NCBI GenBank assembly: GCA_964016885.1
Contig: OZ024749.1
Location: forward strand, 48,236,001-48,300,000
Reading direction: 5' to 3'
Length of the DNA: 64,000 nt
DNA from: Eledone cirrhosa
Taxonomy: Eukaryota
Made by a program: the position numbers and the translations under genes. Shown here piece after piece: positions 1 to 20,500 of the stretch (position 1 is its first letter; the number at the start of each line of letters is the position of its first letter). A model generated the notes under the pieces. That model was given only the letters and a program-made list of their open reading frames with translations, was not told where the DNA came from and ran no database searches.

Positions 1-1587
1 GTTTAAAATGTCTTTGACATTGCAGCTATATGTATGAAATCATACATTTAAAAGAACAAAGGTTACCTCTATATAGAACATTTCTAAATATAATGAACAG
101 TGCTATACATTTACCAACATTTCTATTACAACATCAAAGCCATCGCCTGTAAATGTATAAACGACATTGAGAAAGGACTCTCTTGGTTTCGTAACATACC
201 AGATTATCCTTAGAAAAAAGAACATAAATTCACATGAGATAACGTTGTTTAAGGATACATGTGTTCTGTAAAATACGATGTCCTATTCACGGTTTGAATG
301 CCTTTGAAAATATACCTGCTTAATCAGAGTGAAATAGAGGGTAACCACTACCGTTAACAACATCATATAATATACTGTAAGTCGCAGTTCCTTTTAGAAG
401 TCTGTAACTATTTTCTAAGTAAGTGAATTGTAAATTAACTATCCATCAGATTTAACAACACAACATATCATAACAGACAATTTGTCTTCTTACCGGATAT
501 CCGTTTAATCTTGCTGCCATTTAAAAATATTTCAGTGGGAATTATCTTTATGTTGGAATTTTCTCTACATATTGACTGGCATTTATATCGTTATTGTATT
601 TGACATATGTCTTCTGAGATCAACCGGGCAACCTAATATGGCGCGCAAAGTTCATGCTGATGTCTGCAATTAATCACTTTCTTTAGCTTTGTCATCATCT
701 GGATTCCAATAGTTTGCTTCCTGATTCCACTTTGACACCATCATTCAAACAAAATGAATACAAAATTGCCATACTGCTCTCCCTCACTTACTAACGGTCA
801 ATAATAAAACATCATGTGTGCAGGCATTGCTATGTGATTAAAGTTTCGCTGAGATGTCGTTACTGGTCAGTTCAAAAGAGTTCATATAACTCACTTTTAT
901 AGAAGTTTCTTTTAAAAAAAACTATTTGTAAGTAAGTGATTCATATTTCACGCCTACTTACTCAAAATAAGATACAAATATTCGAACACTGGAGCAAGTG
1001 CATACATGTCTAAAACGAAGAATCATTGTCTGTGGAGAGGTAACTTATAATATACAACTTAAAGTTACTGGTTTTCGAAAGAGCTGGATCCAATCACAGC
1101 ACAGGCAGTATTACCAAATTGATCGATGGTTCAGTACTTCCACCCTAGAACATCATATTTACGTACAACTATATCTGAACATTTGCATGGGTATTTGAAC
1201 GCGCGAGTGTGATTGTGTAAGACATGGTTGGTAAAACCGTTTTGCGTCCAGTGTAAAACAAATTACTAATGATTGTTACTTTGCACGTGTTTTATTATAT
1301 TTTCATGTGCATGAAATACGGTGCATCAAATGACAGAATTATATTGGCTGCTACATTAACTGACATCTACATTTGTCTAAATAAAGTAACGTTTTCTAAT
1401 AATTTATGTTTCCGCATTACCTATTTATATAGCGAATTTTGAATATATTTTAACCAAGTTGGGTATCAATTTACTATTTGCCTAAACATTGTTATATTTT
1501 TAAGGATACGTTGTAAGTCTTGCAAATATTCTTTCAACACTTTAAACTTGCCAAATGAGTAAAAATATTATATGTTGGAGCAGTAGC

Positions 1588-1589
<2 letters not shown>

Positions 1590-1651
<62 letters not shown>

Positions 1652-1672
1652 TGTGTGTGTGTGTGTGTGTGT
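1590..1672. repeat. (TA)n/(TG)n compound microsatellite
   Basis: Direct reading: TA run followed by a TG run. Confidence 0.95.
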
Positions 1673-2379
1673 TAAAGGATATGAATTCTCCAAAAGAAAT
1701 ATTAAAAGGATATAAATTGGTTGTGATATTAAAATTTAAATCTATTCAACCACTTGGGTAGAAATATTGATTTTTTTCCCGTTTGAAAATGATTTTATCT
1801 AGATAATTAAATAGTAATCTTTAAAATAACTCTTTCTAAAGTATTTGTAAGAATGTGAAATTTCATTGAATATCAACCTGGCTAGTGTACGCTGAATAAA
1901 GAGAGTTTCAAATAGTAAAAAAAATAGATGTTTAAAACCGTCTACAATGTTATTAAAACATTTTTGAATAAACCTGGATATTTTATTTGCGCTAATTTCA
2001 ACAAATATAAACATTTATAGAAATAATTGGTTCGAGTTGGATGAAAGACATATACGTTATTTACGAATATAGTTCAATGGATTTATACAACGTTTTCATG
2101 TCCTATTTTCATATAACGTTTTCATATCCTATTTTAAGAAATATCATTCTCTCCTTTATAGGTCTCAATCGAGAAACGTTTTGTTCACTTAACCCCACAC
2201 GCACATACACACCCAAAGAAACACACCCATATATTATATATAGATTGTAAATAAGTGAGTGAGTGACTGAGTGAGAGTGAGTGTATGTGTGTGTGTGGGC
2301 GGGTGTGTAGATAAGGCTTGAGAGACAAATGCGCTTATCATCATGGGTCTCATATCATCATTGACAACTGTAATTTATT

Positions 2380-2881
<502 letters not shown>

Positions 2882-2917
2882 TACGATATTAAATAAATGG
2901 AAACTATATTTATAAAA

Positions 2918-2998
2918 CCATATTTATTTCATTATATATATTTCAGGGATATCATATTAACAATATGTTATGCCTTCTTCAGACAAAATACAATATAG
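2918..2998 (-). ncRNA. Minimal type-I hammerhead ribozyme (inverted-arm copy)
   Basis: Exact reverse complement of 3098-3178. Confidence 0.7.
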
Positions 2999-3097
2999 AC
3001 AGTTTTATAAATAAATAGATTTTTCACTGCCAAATCAACTTTTCAAATACAAGTCGATGTTGAACGGTATGTCAAATCTATTTATTTATAAAACTGT

Positions 3098-3178
3098 CTA
3101 TATTGTATTTTGTCTGAAGAAGGCATAACATATTGTTAATATGATATCCCTGAAATATATATAATGAAATAAATATGG
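3098..3178 (+). ncRNA. Minimal type-I hammerhead ribozyme
   Basis: Stem I ctatattgtattttgt/atgaaataaatatgg; CTGAAGA 3114-3120; imperfect stem II aggcataacatatt/aatatgatatccct; GAAA 3152-3155; TATATA; TA, with predicted cleavage after 3163. Confidence 0.75.
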
Positions 3179-3298
3179 TTTTATAAATATAGTTTCCATT
3201 TATTTAATATCGTAAATATACTCCAAATACTTGTTGAGTGTTTTTATATCAGTTATAAATATTTACTAGTTGTAACCCAACAATTTAAATATAACTTT

Positions 3299-4374
<1,076 letters not shown>

Positions 4375-4375
4375 G

Positions 4376-4463
<88 letters not shown>

Positions 4464-4480
4464 TACATATATATATATAT

Positions 4481-4587
<107 letters not shown>

Positions 4588-4621
4588 TGCATATATATAC
4601 ATATATATACATATACATATA

Positions 4622-4692
<71 letters not shown>

Positions 4693-4695
<3 letters not shown>

Positions 4696-4967
4696 TAATG
4701 TTCCGAGCCATCTTCAACATTCTCAAGAAGCACCCATCCACCATCTGAGTGAGTTTCTTGGTCAGTGTCCAAATCACCGACCCATACAGCAGCACAGACT
4801 CCACAACAGCAATGAAGAGGCGGTCTTTCAAGTCTCTAGGAAGGTCCGACTTCCACACCGATCACAAGCTGTGGCACGCCGCCCAGGCCTTGCTCTTCCT
4901 CTCAGCTACATCATCTTCCGTATTCCTTTGGGAGCCCCTACATGGATACACTAGAAGAGGAAGACCA
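4693..4967. mobile_element. Rearranged RTE-clade non-LTR retrotransposon fragment (inverted + sense segments)
   Basis: Minus 4926->4693 encodes ...[39 protein letters not shown]...MLKMARNIN; plus 4927-4967 encodes [14 protein letters not shown]. Both match the RTE copy at 25936-26973. Confidence 0.85.
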
Positions 4968-8310
<3,343 letters not shown>

Positions 8311-11135
8311 ATGTTTGTGTTTCTTTGTTTTTAATGTATTATATCACATTTTCTTCTTTACTAACATTACCCTTTTGACTTCAATTGCACGTAATTACAA
8401 TTCTGTTGATGTGATTTCTTTCTGCAGTTGAGAACATTTGAATCAATGCGTCGTAACGATTATTTCTCTAGATTCACAGAAAGCAATGCAACTCAAGCAA
8501 TCACAGCAGCAAAGCAGTAGCAGCAAGAAAAGTTATAATAATATTCTGAGATATATGTGTGTGCGTGTGTGATTTCACGTGGTAGTTTTGATTGCAGAAA
8601 GAGATTTTTCAAACTATAACAACTACGTCATCCAGCGATAGTGGTAGTAGTTGCAGAAAAACAATTTCTCCTCTAGTTTATCACGAAATTCTAATTCAGC
8701 AGATTATGAAGCAAGAATACGTATGCATATATCATATATTTGATATTTCAATGTTCTTGCCCAATGGTATTTCAGAGGCTCGTGTTTTATAATACCAATG
8801 CTGTGCATTTATTAAAGAGAAAGACCACATAGTTACTATACATGGTAAATGAAGAATATGTTTATATCAATTATTCTTATATTGGTTTATGGAACATTGA
8901 AATCAAATTATGAATGTATCACACTTATTATTTTTGGATTGGAAATTGAAATCTGAAATAACAAAATACCACAAGTATTTACAAATGTTAGAATGAACAT
9001 GTTGATTCCATGGGGAAATAGGGTGAAGAGATGGTTAAATTGAAATTAATAGAATTCTGTAACCGTGCAGTATTTTCTAAATGTATATTGATTTCTCATA
9101 GTAGGACACCGCTCTATATTTATGGGAAAAGGTCAGCTCATGTGACTAAATATTATACTCAATATAAATGGTTTTATAATACACTAATACAATCTAGTGA
9201 TATATCAATTAACATTCTTGTTCTTGTTTAAAAAAAAATAGATATGTGCTTACGCATACAATCAGGAACACACAATAACACTCACACAATCATATATATA
9301 TATATATATATGTATATACACACACGTGTGTGTGTGTGTGTATGTATGTATGTGTGTGTGTGTGTGTGTGTGGGTGTGTGTGTGTATGCATGCATGCGTT
9401 CTTGTGCGTTTGCATATCTGTGTGACAGTGTTTGGTGTGTGTGTACAAGTGTTTTGTTTGAATTGACTGTGTCAATATATGTAAGAGTACGTTTTTGTCA
9501 ATACATTTTTTGTGTGTCGTGTTAATTAATCATCAATTAGAAACAAACTTAATTAAATGTGGAAAGACATATAGATCAATGTTCTATAGTTTATGTCAGC
9601 CTGACAGACTTAATCACCTTCACTACATTCATCATTAATGAATTATCTTGTCGTATATGAGATAACATGTAAAATAAATAAAATATATAAATAGTATATG
9701 AAGTAAGTGAGAACAGAAGATGGATAATCACTGTAACATGTTAGCAATTATATTACTATGTAATATGTAATTTTATTCGCTAATATGAATTTAACGTTAA
9801 TCTGTATGGAGTGGAAATGAAATTAAAGTGACAAAAGAAGGAAGAAACAATATATTTCCTGTAAACATGCTCTCTAACATGACTCAATTACATGGAAAAC
9901 AAGTCTGAACGCCTATATACATACGCACACGCTCATAGATATATGATATGGTTATATGCATATATGCATGTTTATGTGTGTCTGTGACTGTGCGTGTGTG
10001 TGTATATGTGTAACTGTGTGTATGTACGTATGTATGTACGTCTGTGCGTGTAGTGGAGTAGTATATAGAAAGAGATACAAACATATATCAATCGATAGAT
10101 AAATGTGTGCGAACATCTATTTCTATTCTTATTCGTATATTAAATTTTATTAGGGTCTGCAATCGATTTCTATGCCATTTCATTTGCAATCTAATCTGAT
10201 GTGACATATAATCTCATCGGTAACACATAAGACGAGAGAAGTAACACATGTTTCTAATCTGAGTACGCATATATTAATATATCAGGTTCTTATATAAAAA
10301 TCAGACGCAGTTTAGCATTCTTCTATATCCTCGTAGGATTTGATAAAAATAATTTTAGTGAACTTCTGTGAACACTTTCAATTACACGCTTCTCATTCAA
10401 GATAGAAACGCCGTAAACATTTTAAATGAAGCAATACTTAAATGAAATAGAAATGTTGCGTTGTATACACAATTTCATGAGGAAAGGAACATTTTGCTGT
10501 TTCAGCTTATAATGTATTGAAATGTAATGCATCTCGCGAGGAGGTTTAATAAATAAATTAAATGGTAGCAAACGTTCATGATTCACATATAACGAAGCAG
10601 TATTTAGAAAGAACAACCAGTACTCCTTCAAATTTACCTCCATCTTGAAAATAGTCTACCACTTTCCATAATGTAGATCTAGATATAAAATACCTTTAGG
10701 AAAAGTTGATTGAATATAATTGGAATGCCTTTTATCATGTCTTGCGAATCAGACTTTGTACATTTTACTTGAGATTTTTTCGGACAGCAATATTTCCTAA
10801 GTTCATTATCCCCGTTTTAAGATGTCTTAACAATGAAATATTGCCGGTGTCTGTTTTTTTGGCCTCATTAAAGGTAATTGGTTGCAACATTACGTGAGGA
10901 GTTTGAAATTTGTGTTTTAGATTTATGTTTCTTTAGGTTTAGTGTATGTTGCAAGTGTATTCATTTACACATTGTGCACTTTTACGAGTACAACATCAGG
11001 CGTACATGGACTATATTTTGTAACGAGGTTTACATGACACATGGAATGCTGCTCAGCTAAGCTGCAATGCATTTTCTATCTCCCCACCACATGACTATTT
11101 CACATTCTTACCTTAGGTGCATACACTTACTTTTT

Positions 11136-11330
11136 GGATTGGCAGTATCGGTAGAGGGTCGGATGCCATGTTTTGACGCATAGAGTTACGGTCCTTGCTA
11201 TTCTGAGTTCAAATCCCGCCGAGGTTAACTTTCCCTTTCATCCTTACAGGGTCGATAAAATAAAGTACCAGTAATGCACTGGGATAATTGCTGACCTTGT
11301 GCCAAAAGTAGAAACATTATTATTATTATA
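11136..11330 (+). mobile_element. tRNA-derived SINE (octopod-type)
   Basis: A-box-like TGGCAGTATCGG, B-box GAGTTCAAATCCC, body ccgaggttaactttccctttcatcc...gtcgataaaataaagtaccag, (ATT)n tail; many copies in the window. Confidence 0.9.
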
Positions 11331-11959
11331 ATTGTCGTTGTTGTTGTTGTTGTTGTTGTAAGTAATCGTAGCTGCAATTCTTTCGGGGTATTATTGTTTA
11401 TTTCCTACATCATTTATGTACAACATCAACGTCAACAGCCATGGTGTATACGCCCGATGCGCTTTTGCAATATATCGCAATCTCTAAACATGTTGTAATA
11501 AATGAGAAGTAGGTCAGATCAAACTAAATAAAGCAGAACAATTTTAATTAATCCATTATGTTTAATCACTATATGTCAAAACATATTAGCTTAAACTTTT
11601 TCAATCAGAAGAAAGCTAAATTGATTTTTTTCTATTCCTTGTATTTTCAGTTCTTATTCGCTTCTACTTTCTCTATCTTATGTATTATTTTATTTACATA
11701 TTTATTTGTTTTACTTTCTAGTGTTTTTCTATTTCCACCATTGGCCTCTGTAAACAGGGATAAACTTTTAACAGACATCCTCTGTCTGCTGAAGAGTCGT
11801 TAAGCTGATGCGTTTTTCATGTTTACCGTGTACTTGTTAATTCGTTCGGTAAAATTGTTCTTTAAAGCTTTCAAGAGTTTATAGTATTTTCTCTCATTGT
11901 ATATTTTGATTCTTTCATGTACCATATATAAATGTGTGTGCCTTTGTATATGTGTGTGT

Positions 11960-13501
<1,542 letters not shown>

Positions 13502-14673
13502 AAGTGCATATATGTAATGTCAATGTTATTTTATCGTAAATGTCTGCTGGAAAATTATAATTGAAAATAAAGTCTCCAAGCATTATGGAAGCACATTATT
13601 ATATAAATGTATAAATGGGAATCAACAGTTAAAATGAAAACAAATGAAAAATAATATTTAAAAAAAGATAAAAATGTTTATTCGATTAGAAATTTTGTAA
13701 AAGTGAAATAAACAATTTTGAAAAAAATAATGATTATAGTTTCTTATCTACGAATTTACTGACTTACTAGTACGAATAATACTACGTACACATACTCTGT
13801 ATACACACATATATAACCATATATTAATCCTATATAAATACATGTGTTTGGGTACATGTGCGTTTGCTTGTGTCTGTATATGTGCTTGAATGTTTGCGCT
13901 GTGTGTGTGGCTTGAGGGGGGGGGGTGCACATATACCACCATTTAAACAAATATGCGAGGAGGGTGGAAATTGCATGCGTCTCAAATAATATTGCAATTT
14001 TGGCAACAAGAAAGGTGACTCCATCGCCATCGGCTATCGAAGTGCATGTACAAAAGTTCTACTGTTAAGTTTGGTACTACTGATCTATTCAATGTCACAG
14101 TTACCAAAAAGGGAACCTAACATTCTTTTACAAGACGAACAGAAAAAAAAAATTAACTCAAAGTAAATATAAATGTTCAACATTTAAATCGAATTATGTT
14201 TGACGAAAGGTGTCGCTTAAAGATAAGTAGATAAAATCAGTCACACGGACGTCACGCTGAGAGCTGAACATTTGAGCTTGGCGCAACATTCAGATCTAGA
14301 CGTTGTGAAATGCACCGAGTCGAAACATATGGGTGGCTAGCCTTGTGATCAAAGGGATATGGTGGCGCCAAATATATGCAGCTAAACAAAATAAGTGGAT
14401 GGGTAGCAATGGGCATCAAATATATTGCATCTGTAGCGCAATTGACGAACAAATATTGTTGTGATTATCACAGTGATTACGCATATCAGAGTTGTGAGAT
14501 AAAAAATGTTACAAGTAAAGAATAGTTATTGAGCAATTTTTTCAGAGCTTACAAATATTTGTCAAAATATATCTCTGAATAATTCACATAATTACAGGCA
14601 AGTTTTAAACATGCACTGATAGGGTTACACTAATATTATTAAAGAAACAATGGTTTGTGGATAGGAAGCTTGC

Positions 14674-14913
<240 letters not shown>

Positions 14914-15045
14914 ATATATATATATATATCTATATATATGTATATATATATATATATATATATGTGTATGTGTGTGTGTGTAATGGGTATACCTGTATGT
15001 TCGCAAAATTAAGCCCATTCACACAAGAACACACACGCACACACA

Positions 15046-15087
<42 letters not shown>

Positions 15088-16319
15088 CCATATATTGACT
15101 TTTACCATTTATTACCCGAGGTCAATAATATAGGTTGTAGCATTATAAAGGGGTCGATCGATCCTTTTTTCCCGGTCTTAATCAAGTGTGCTGTTATGTC
15201 TAGTCTATAAAAATCAATTCTCCATTGAGTATGGACTAAGTATAATAGATAACGTATTCTAATCCGTGTGGTGTGTAAACATGTACTTGGCATTGGAGAA
15301 AACGGACGAAAAACGTGCACAACAATACTCATACAGAGATGACGCTGCAAAGTCCATTTTCCCCTAGACTTATGTCAACCTAGTTTCAATATTCAATATT
15401 CATATATTGCATTAAATATCTACTTTTCAAGATTAATTCAGAAAACAATAGGAAAGGAAATGTAATATTCCTTCAAACTATGAAACGGAATTGATTGATT
15501 GCTAGCTTTGAGAAATCAACGTGTTCTATTTACAAATAGCTAGACAGAGTAATTATCTGAAATGGATCACTTCGATTTGCAACCGTTATTGTTATATTTC
15601 ATTCCAATATCCTTAATCAGATGCAGCATTCATTGTATGGGAGGAAATTATAATGGAAATAATACATTCTAACGTAGGTTTATCTTCAGACGAAATAGAT
15701 ATGTGCTTACTATCAGAGTAAATACGTCTGCATCTAATTGAAACACATCTGGCATGAACTGTCTTAAATGTGTTGGTCCAGGCTTAAATTTATTTGACAT
15801 ATGTCGGGTAGATTAATCTTGAACTGGTTCTCTGCAATGTCATTACACACTGCTCGAAGATATTTGACTTAATTTTGACTATTTAAGATTTTATCAAGGT
15901 TAACTTCTAGTTAATAGCTGTCGTAATTCCTATAATTTGGGTTGTTAGATATTTGATGAGAATTCTGCTTGATCAGGGTTGACTATTGTCTAAACACACA
16001 AAAATAGAATACATGTTAGATATAGGTCTCAGTGCAAAACATGAAATGACGGGGTCAGTCAATGCTTTAGCGATTTAGATCATACGTGTCTGTAATCAAA
16101 GATTTTATAAGGTTCAGCACCACGTAGAACAACAACAATAACAGCGTGGAATTAAAGGCTTGGAATTAGATTTTACTAATAAGCTACCTATTTATTCATA
16201 TCTCATTTATGATTAGTTTGGATCATTTTGATAATAAGGCTTCTCATACAAAATTAGATGCTTTGGTGAAACACAATATTTATTACCTTCATGGGTATTT
16301 AAATAATATGCTTATATAT

Positions 16320-16380
<61 letters not shown>

Positions 16381-16383
16381 TAT

Positions 16384-16484
<101 letters not shown>

Positions 16485-16532
16485 TATATACATATATAAA
16501 TATTAATATATAAATATATATATATATATATA

Positions 16533-16631
16533 TAACGAAGGAAATGTGGTAAGGAACCAGGTGGACCATAACGCACCAAAATACTCAATACTTGGGGTAG
16601 TAGAGTGGGTAATAGGAACCAGTAAGACCCC
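16533..16631 (-). mobile_element. 3' end of hairpin family B (cf. 28797 and 58896)
   Basis: Matches 58896-58995; flanked by TA repeats. Confidence 0.8.
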
Positions 16632-16640
16632 TATATATAT

Positions 16641-17297
16641 AGTTTAGCGAGGTTTTTTTACATGAAATCGTGAGTCGAAACAGATATTGTTATACTTGGG
16701 GAGGGTCATATTTGCGTAATATTGCCAGAATTAATAACAGAACACACTCACTGTTTGGTTGGTTTTCGCTTCTCGCTGTCTTTTATATCTGCGATCTAAC
16801 TTACTTGGTCCTCAATGTTGCCATTGACTGACCGACGGTCAAAAATAATACAGATACAATATAGACACAAACACATATACATAGTTTACATAATTTACAT
16901 AAATCTTTCGTTGCACATCTGCAACATCGTCAGTGGTGTTATATTTTTCCTCCTGTTGTGTTGTATGTCTACGCCATTTTTTTATTCAGTCTGTCTATAT
17001 ATTTATTTATTTATTTGCTTGTTTGTTTATTTTATTTTATTTTGTCTTCTTTGCGCATGCGTTTGCGTGTGTGTATAGTGTTATGTGTGCTGTGTGACTA
17101 GTGTGTATAGTGTTGTGTCTGCTGGGTGACTAGTGTGTGTTTATGTGCTTGTTGTTATTGTGCTTGTGTATGTATTTATTTATCTTATTTTATTTTATTT
17201 TATTTATTTATTTAAATAAATAAAATAAAATAAAATAAGATAAATAAATACATACACAAGCACAATAACAACAAGCACATAAACACACACTAGTCAC
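16641..17297 (-). mobile_element. pLTR-like element with 5' fold-back, degenerate hammerhead and extended 3' tail
   Basis: Perfect ~85-bp arms across 17126-17297; minus-strand CTGACGA-t-gttgca(gatg)tgcaac-GAAA-gatt-TA at 16899-16933; shared AAGTATAACAAT motif. Confidence 0.7.
16895..16938 (-). ncRNA. Hammerhead core with weak stem I
   Basis: Core and 6-bp stem II intact; same extra nucleotide as at 5025; stem I only ~2 bp. Confidence 0.55.
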
Positions 17298-17526
17298 AAG
17301 TGTTTTTTAACCTTCATATCATGTCCTCCTATTTTATCTGATGAAAACACAAATGTTATTGCATGATGATATTTGTTTTTGAAATGCGCATAATAAAATA
17401 CATGGAACTCATTTAACCATCTTTCGATCTTATATATTATTTATACTCCAGTCCTACAAACTGTAGAGTGCTTCTTATCCGATATCTGCATTGCTTTATT
17501 GTACTACAATAAAACTCACCTCCTAC

Positions 17527-17565
<39 letters not shown>

Positions 17566-20500
17566 TACATATACATACATACATACATACATGCATACAT
17601 ACATACATACATACATACATACATACATACATACATACATACATACATACATACATACACACATACATGAGATGAAAAAAACTAGTTTCAGTTCAATTAA
17701 ACAATCATATAGATAGAAATGTTATTTTGTTTTCGTCTGATATTCCATTATGTTCACACAAACTGCATGAACGTTATAAAACATTACATCGTACAGAAAA
17801 ACTGATCATTTACTAAATCATTATACGAGAAGAAATCGACTATTATGACTGTGATTCATATCAACTAATTGAAAGAGGCATAACTACAACTATGGATTTA
17901 AACCGGATATATAACTATTATCAAACATTTTCGTCTTAATACTATAATTAATCCACGGAACAGAAATGAAGTATTTGCTGTCGTCTATAATTTAAAAGAG
18001 CTACATCTTTATAATGTTTTCAATAATTTGATTTAAATCTAAATACGTTATATATTTCGACTTATATTGGTTTCATATTCAATATATATATATTATTACG
18101 TTTTTTGTATATTTCTTATATCATATATTTATAAAATACAAATCGTTTATCGGAAGCCATAAAGATTGACACATGTCAGTTATGGTTTTCATTACCGGGA
18201 AAACTATTAGAAAATAGATAAGGATGTCTATAATGTTCTTGCACATACATTTCTCAAAAGAGAAGTTGTCTTTGAGATGTAAATATGGATACGTCTTATA
18301 CTATTCATTGTCAGTAAGAAACTTGTAACTCAGTGGATACCTGGAATGAGTCCCTCGACATGACATGATTAACTATATATTAACTACATAAACAGCTTCG
18401 TCTCTTCTCATAGAATGTACCAAAGCGGCAGACAACAACACGTGTTAAAACACCCAACCAGAGACCAAATGTAACATTGAACATTATATTTTTGCATTGT
18501 CCAAGAGAAGAAACAGTCAGTAAACCACATTGAAGAGAAATGACATCCTACATAATTTGCATGAAATAATATATTGTTGTAGTATGATGTCAATGGTTAT
18601 GTACATATACATAATCAGGTGAGTTCCAAACTGAAGCAATTTCATTTATTTCTTACATAATGTGATTCGTAAAAACTTTTTAATTTTTGACATTTTAAAT
18701 TTTCCATACTGTTACAAATAATAACATGAGAAAGAAACTATTTCAGCATTATTAAAGTAATGTATAATAATCGAGTTTTTAAATTGAATTTCGAAATGTC
18801 AATTTGTTCTTCTCTACACGATAGAAGGACGTATCCAGAAAATGATACAATAATTATATATGAAATGATGTATGATTAAGACCCCACTTCACATCTTCAT
18901 TTTTGCCAGCTATATATATTTAGACATTCTGAATTTCTTCGATTGAATGTCCCATGTTCTGCAGTTGTACTACACAGTTTGCAAACAAATTTAATAGGGC
19001 AGTATATTGAATAGAAGCCGAAAGAATGTATTATGAATAAATATACCTAGTCCACATCAGATGAAATATCCCTATAATATATATTTTACATCCTTTTAAA
19101 ATAATTCAAGCTTATAGTACCTCAAATAGGCAAACACGTGAGCTAACCTTTAAAAACCTACTAGAAACTGCAGCCAACTAATCTGGAAACATAACCAACC
19201 ACTTTTAAAAGACAAAATAATATATAATATAAATTTAGATACAAATCAAGTTGTAGATCATGAGTGATTAGCCATTGATCATATGTTTGTTCAACTAGGG
19301 CTCATATGCAGCTAAATAAACTTCAACGTTATTCTATCAAATATTTTATTTTTCTTATTCTTAATATCTGCGGAGGGCAATTTTCTAACAGTTGGAGCAT
19401 TTCTTGAATAAAAGCAGTAAATATATATCTTATTTTCCCCAAGATGTTTTCAGATATTATAGTAGCTAAATTAATATTATCAGTTATCCCAGCAAGATAT
19501 TGGGTTTGTTTACTGGAAATTGTCTATTACATGCTGTGTTGAAGCTACTTTAGGAAATATAGTAGAGATAATAACAGATTTTTCGTTACATTTCGATTAC
19601 TAGTATCGAGAATTAGAGATCAATCTCGTAAATATAACAAAGAATACAAACCGGTAAACATTAGAAAATAGGTCAGCTGCAAGCGACTTAGTAACGTCTA
19701 GATATCTGTGTGACATCAGAAAACATAATTTACTGTAAATGTGTAATTTGTAGAAACCAGAACATTGAAATACAGCAACAGAAATTATATTTTCCCACAA
19801 GCTGTGCTTAATTTGTTTTGACAGGAACTCTCTTCTAGAATCACTAATGGAATGTATTCGGCATTCGAAAAAGCATAATGAACTGGATTAGACTTTACGA
19901 CAGAAGATCATGATGAATGAAAGAAATGTAATTAATTCAAAGACACCTGCGCTTTCGGTGGAATACAAAGCGATTAAGATTTCAACTTCTAAAATAGAGA
20001 TTATCTATGTCATTCTTAATCATTAAGTTAAGCCTGTAGTATTAACAATATATGCAAAACGTAGTGTAATCTTCGCAACGAAAATGTTTGACTTTGACAT
20101 TCCTGGGAACAATTTTACTTTATTCCTAATTTCTATTATTTAAAATAAATTCTATTAGATAATTTAGGAAAGTTATTATATATATTTCTGACGTTTTCTC
20201 ACATACTGGATACCTCGATATACATTTTAGACAATTCTCGAAGATGAAACTTAGTCGGAATTCAGTAACAGTTTACGCTAACTCTCTATGAAATGATCTG
20301 CATATGTTAAAAAAGTAGTATTATTTTAGGTATCAACGTAATATTGTTTATATTTTATGAAATATTGGTAAGATTTAATTTCTCTAGCGTATATCTTTAC
20401 ACTCGTGATAAATGTATTACCATAATTCAATTTTAGATTTGTCGAAATATTTACAATATTAAGTTTTAATGAATCATTATATCGTTAATGTTATACAACT

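Noticed and set aside
104-146. Minus-strand peptide DGFDVVIEMLVNV resembling zeta-crystallin/quinone reductase
   Set aside because: Very short, followed by a stop, with no other matching exons.
1680-2030. Faint PLE endonuclease-like remnants (also possible RT-linker remnants at 47260-47500, minus)
   Set aside because: Too degraded to support by eye; needs a profile search.
8428-8520. Acceptor followed by 30 open codons (LRTFESMRR...)
   Set aside because: No recognisable homology or partner exon.
11136-11225. tRNA gene
   Set aside because: A/B boxes belong to a multi-copy SINE head; no full cloverleaf.
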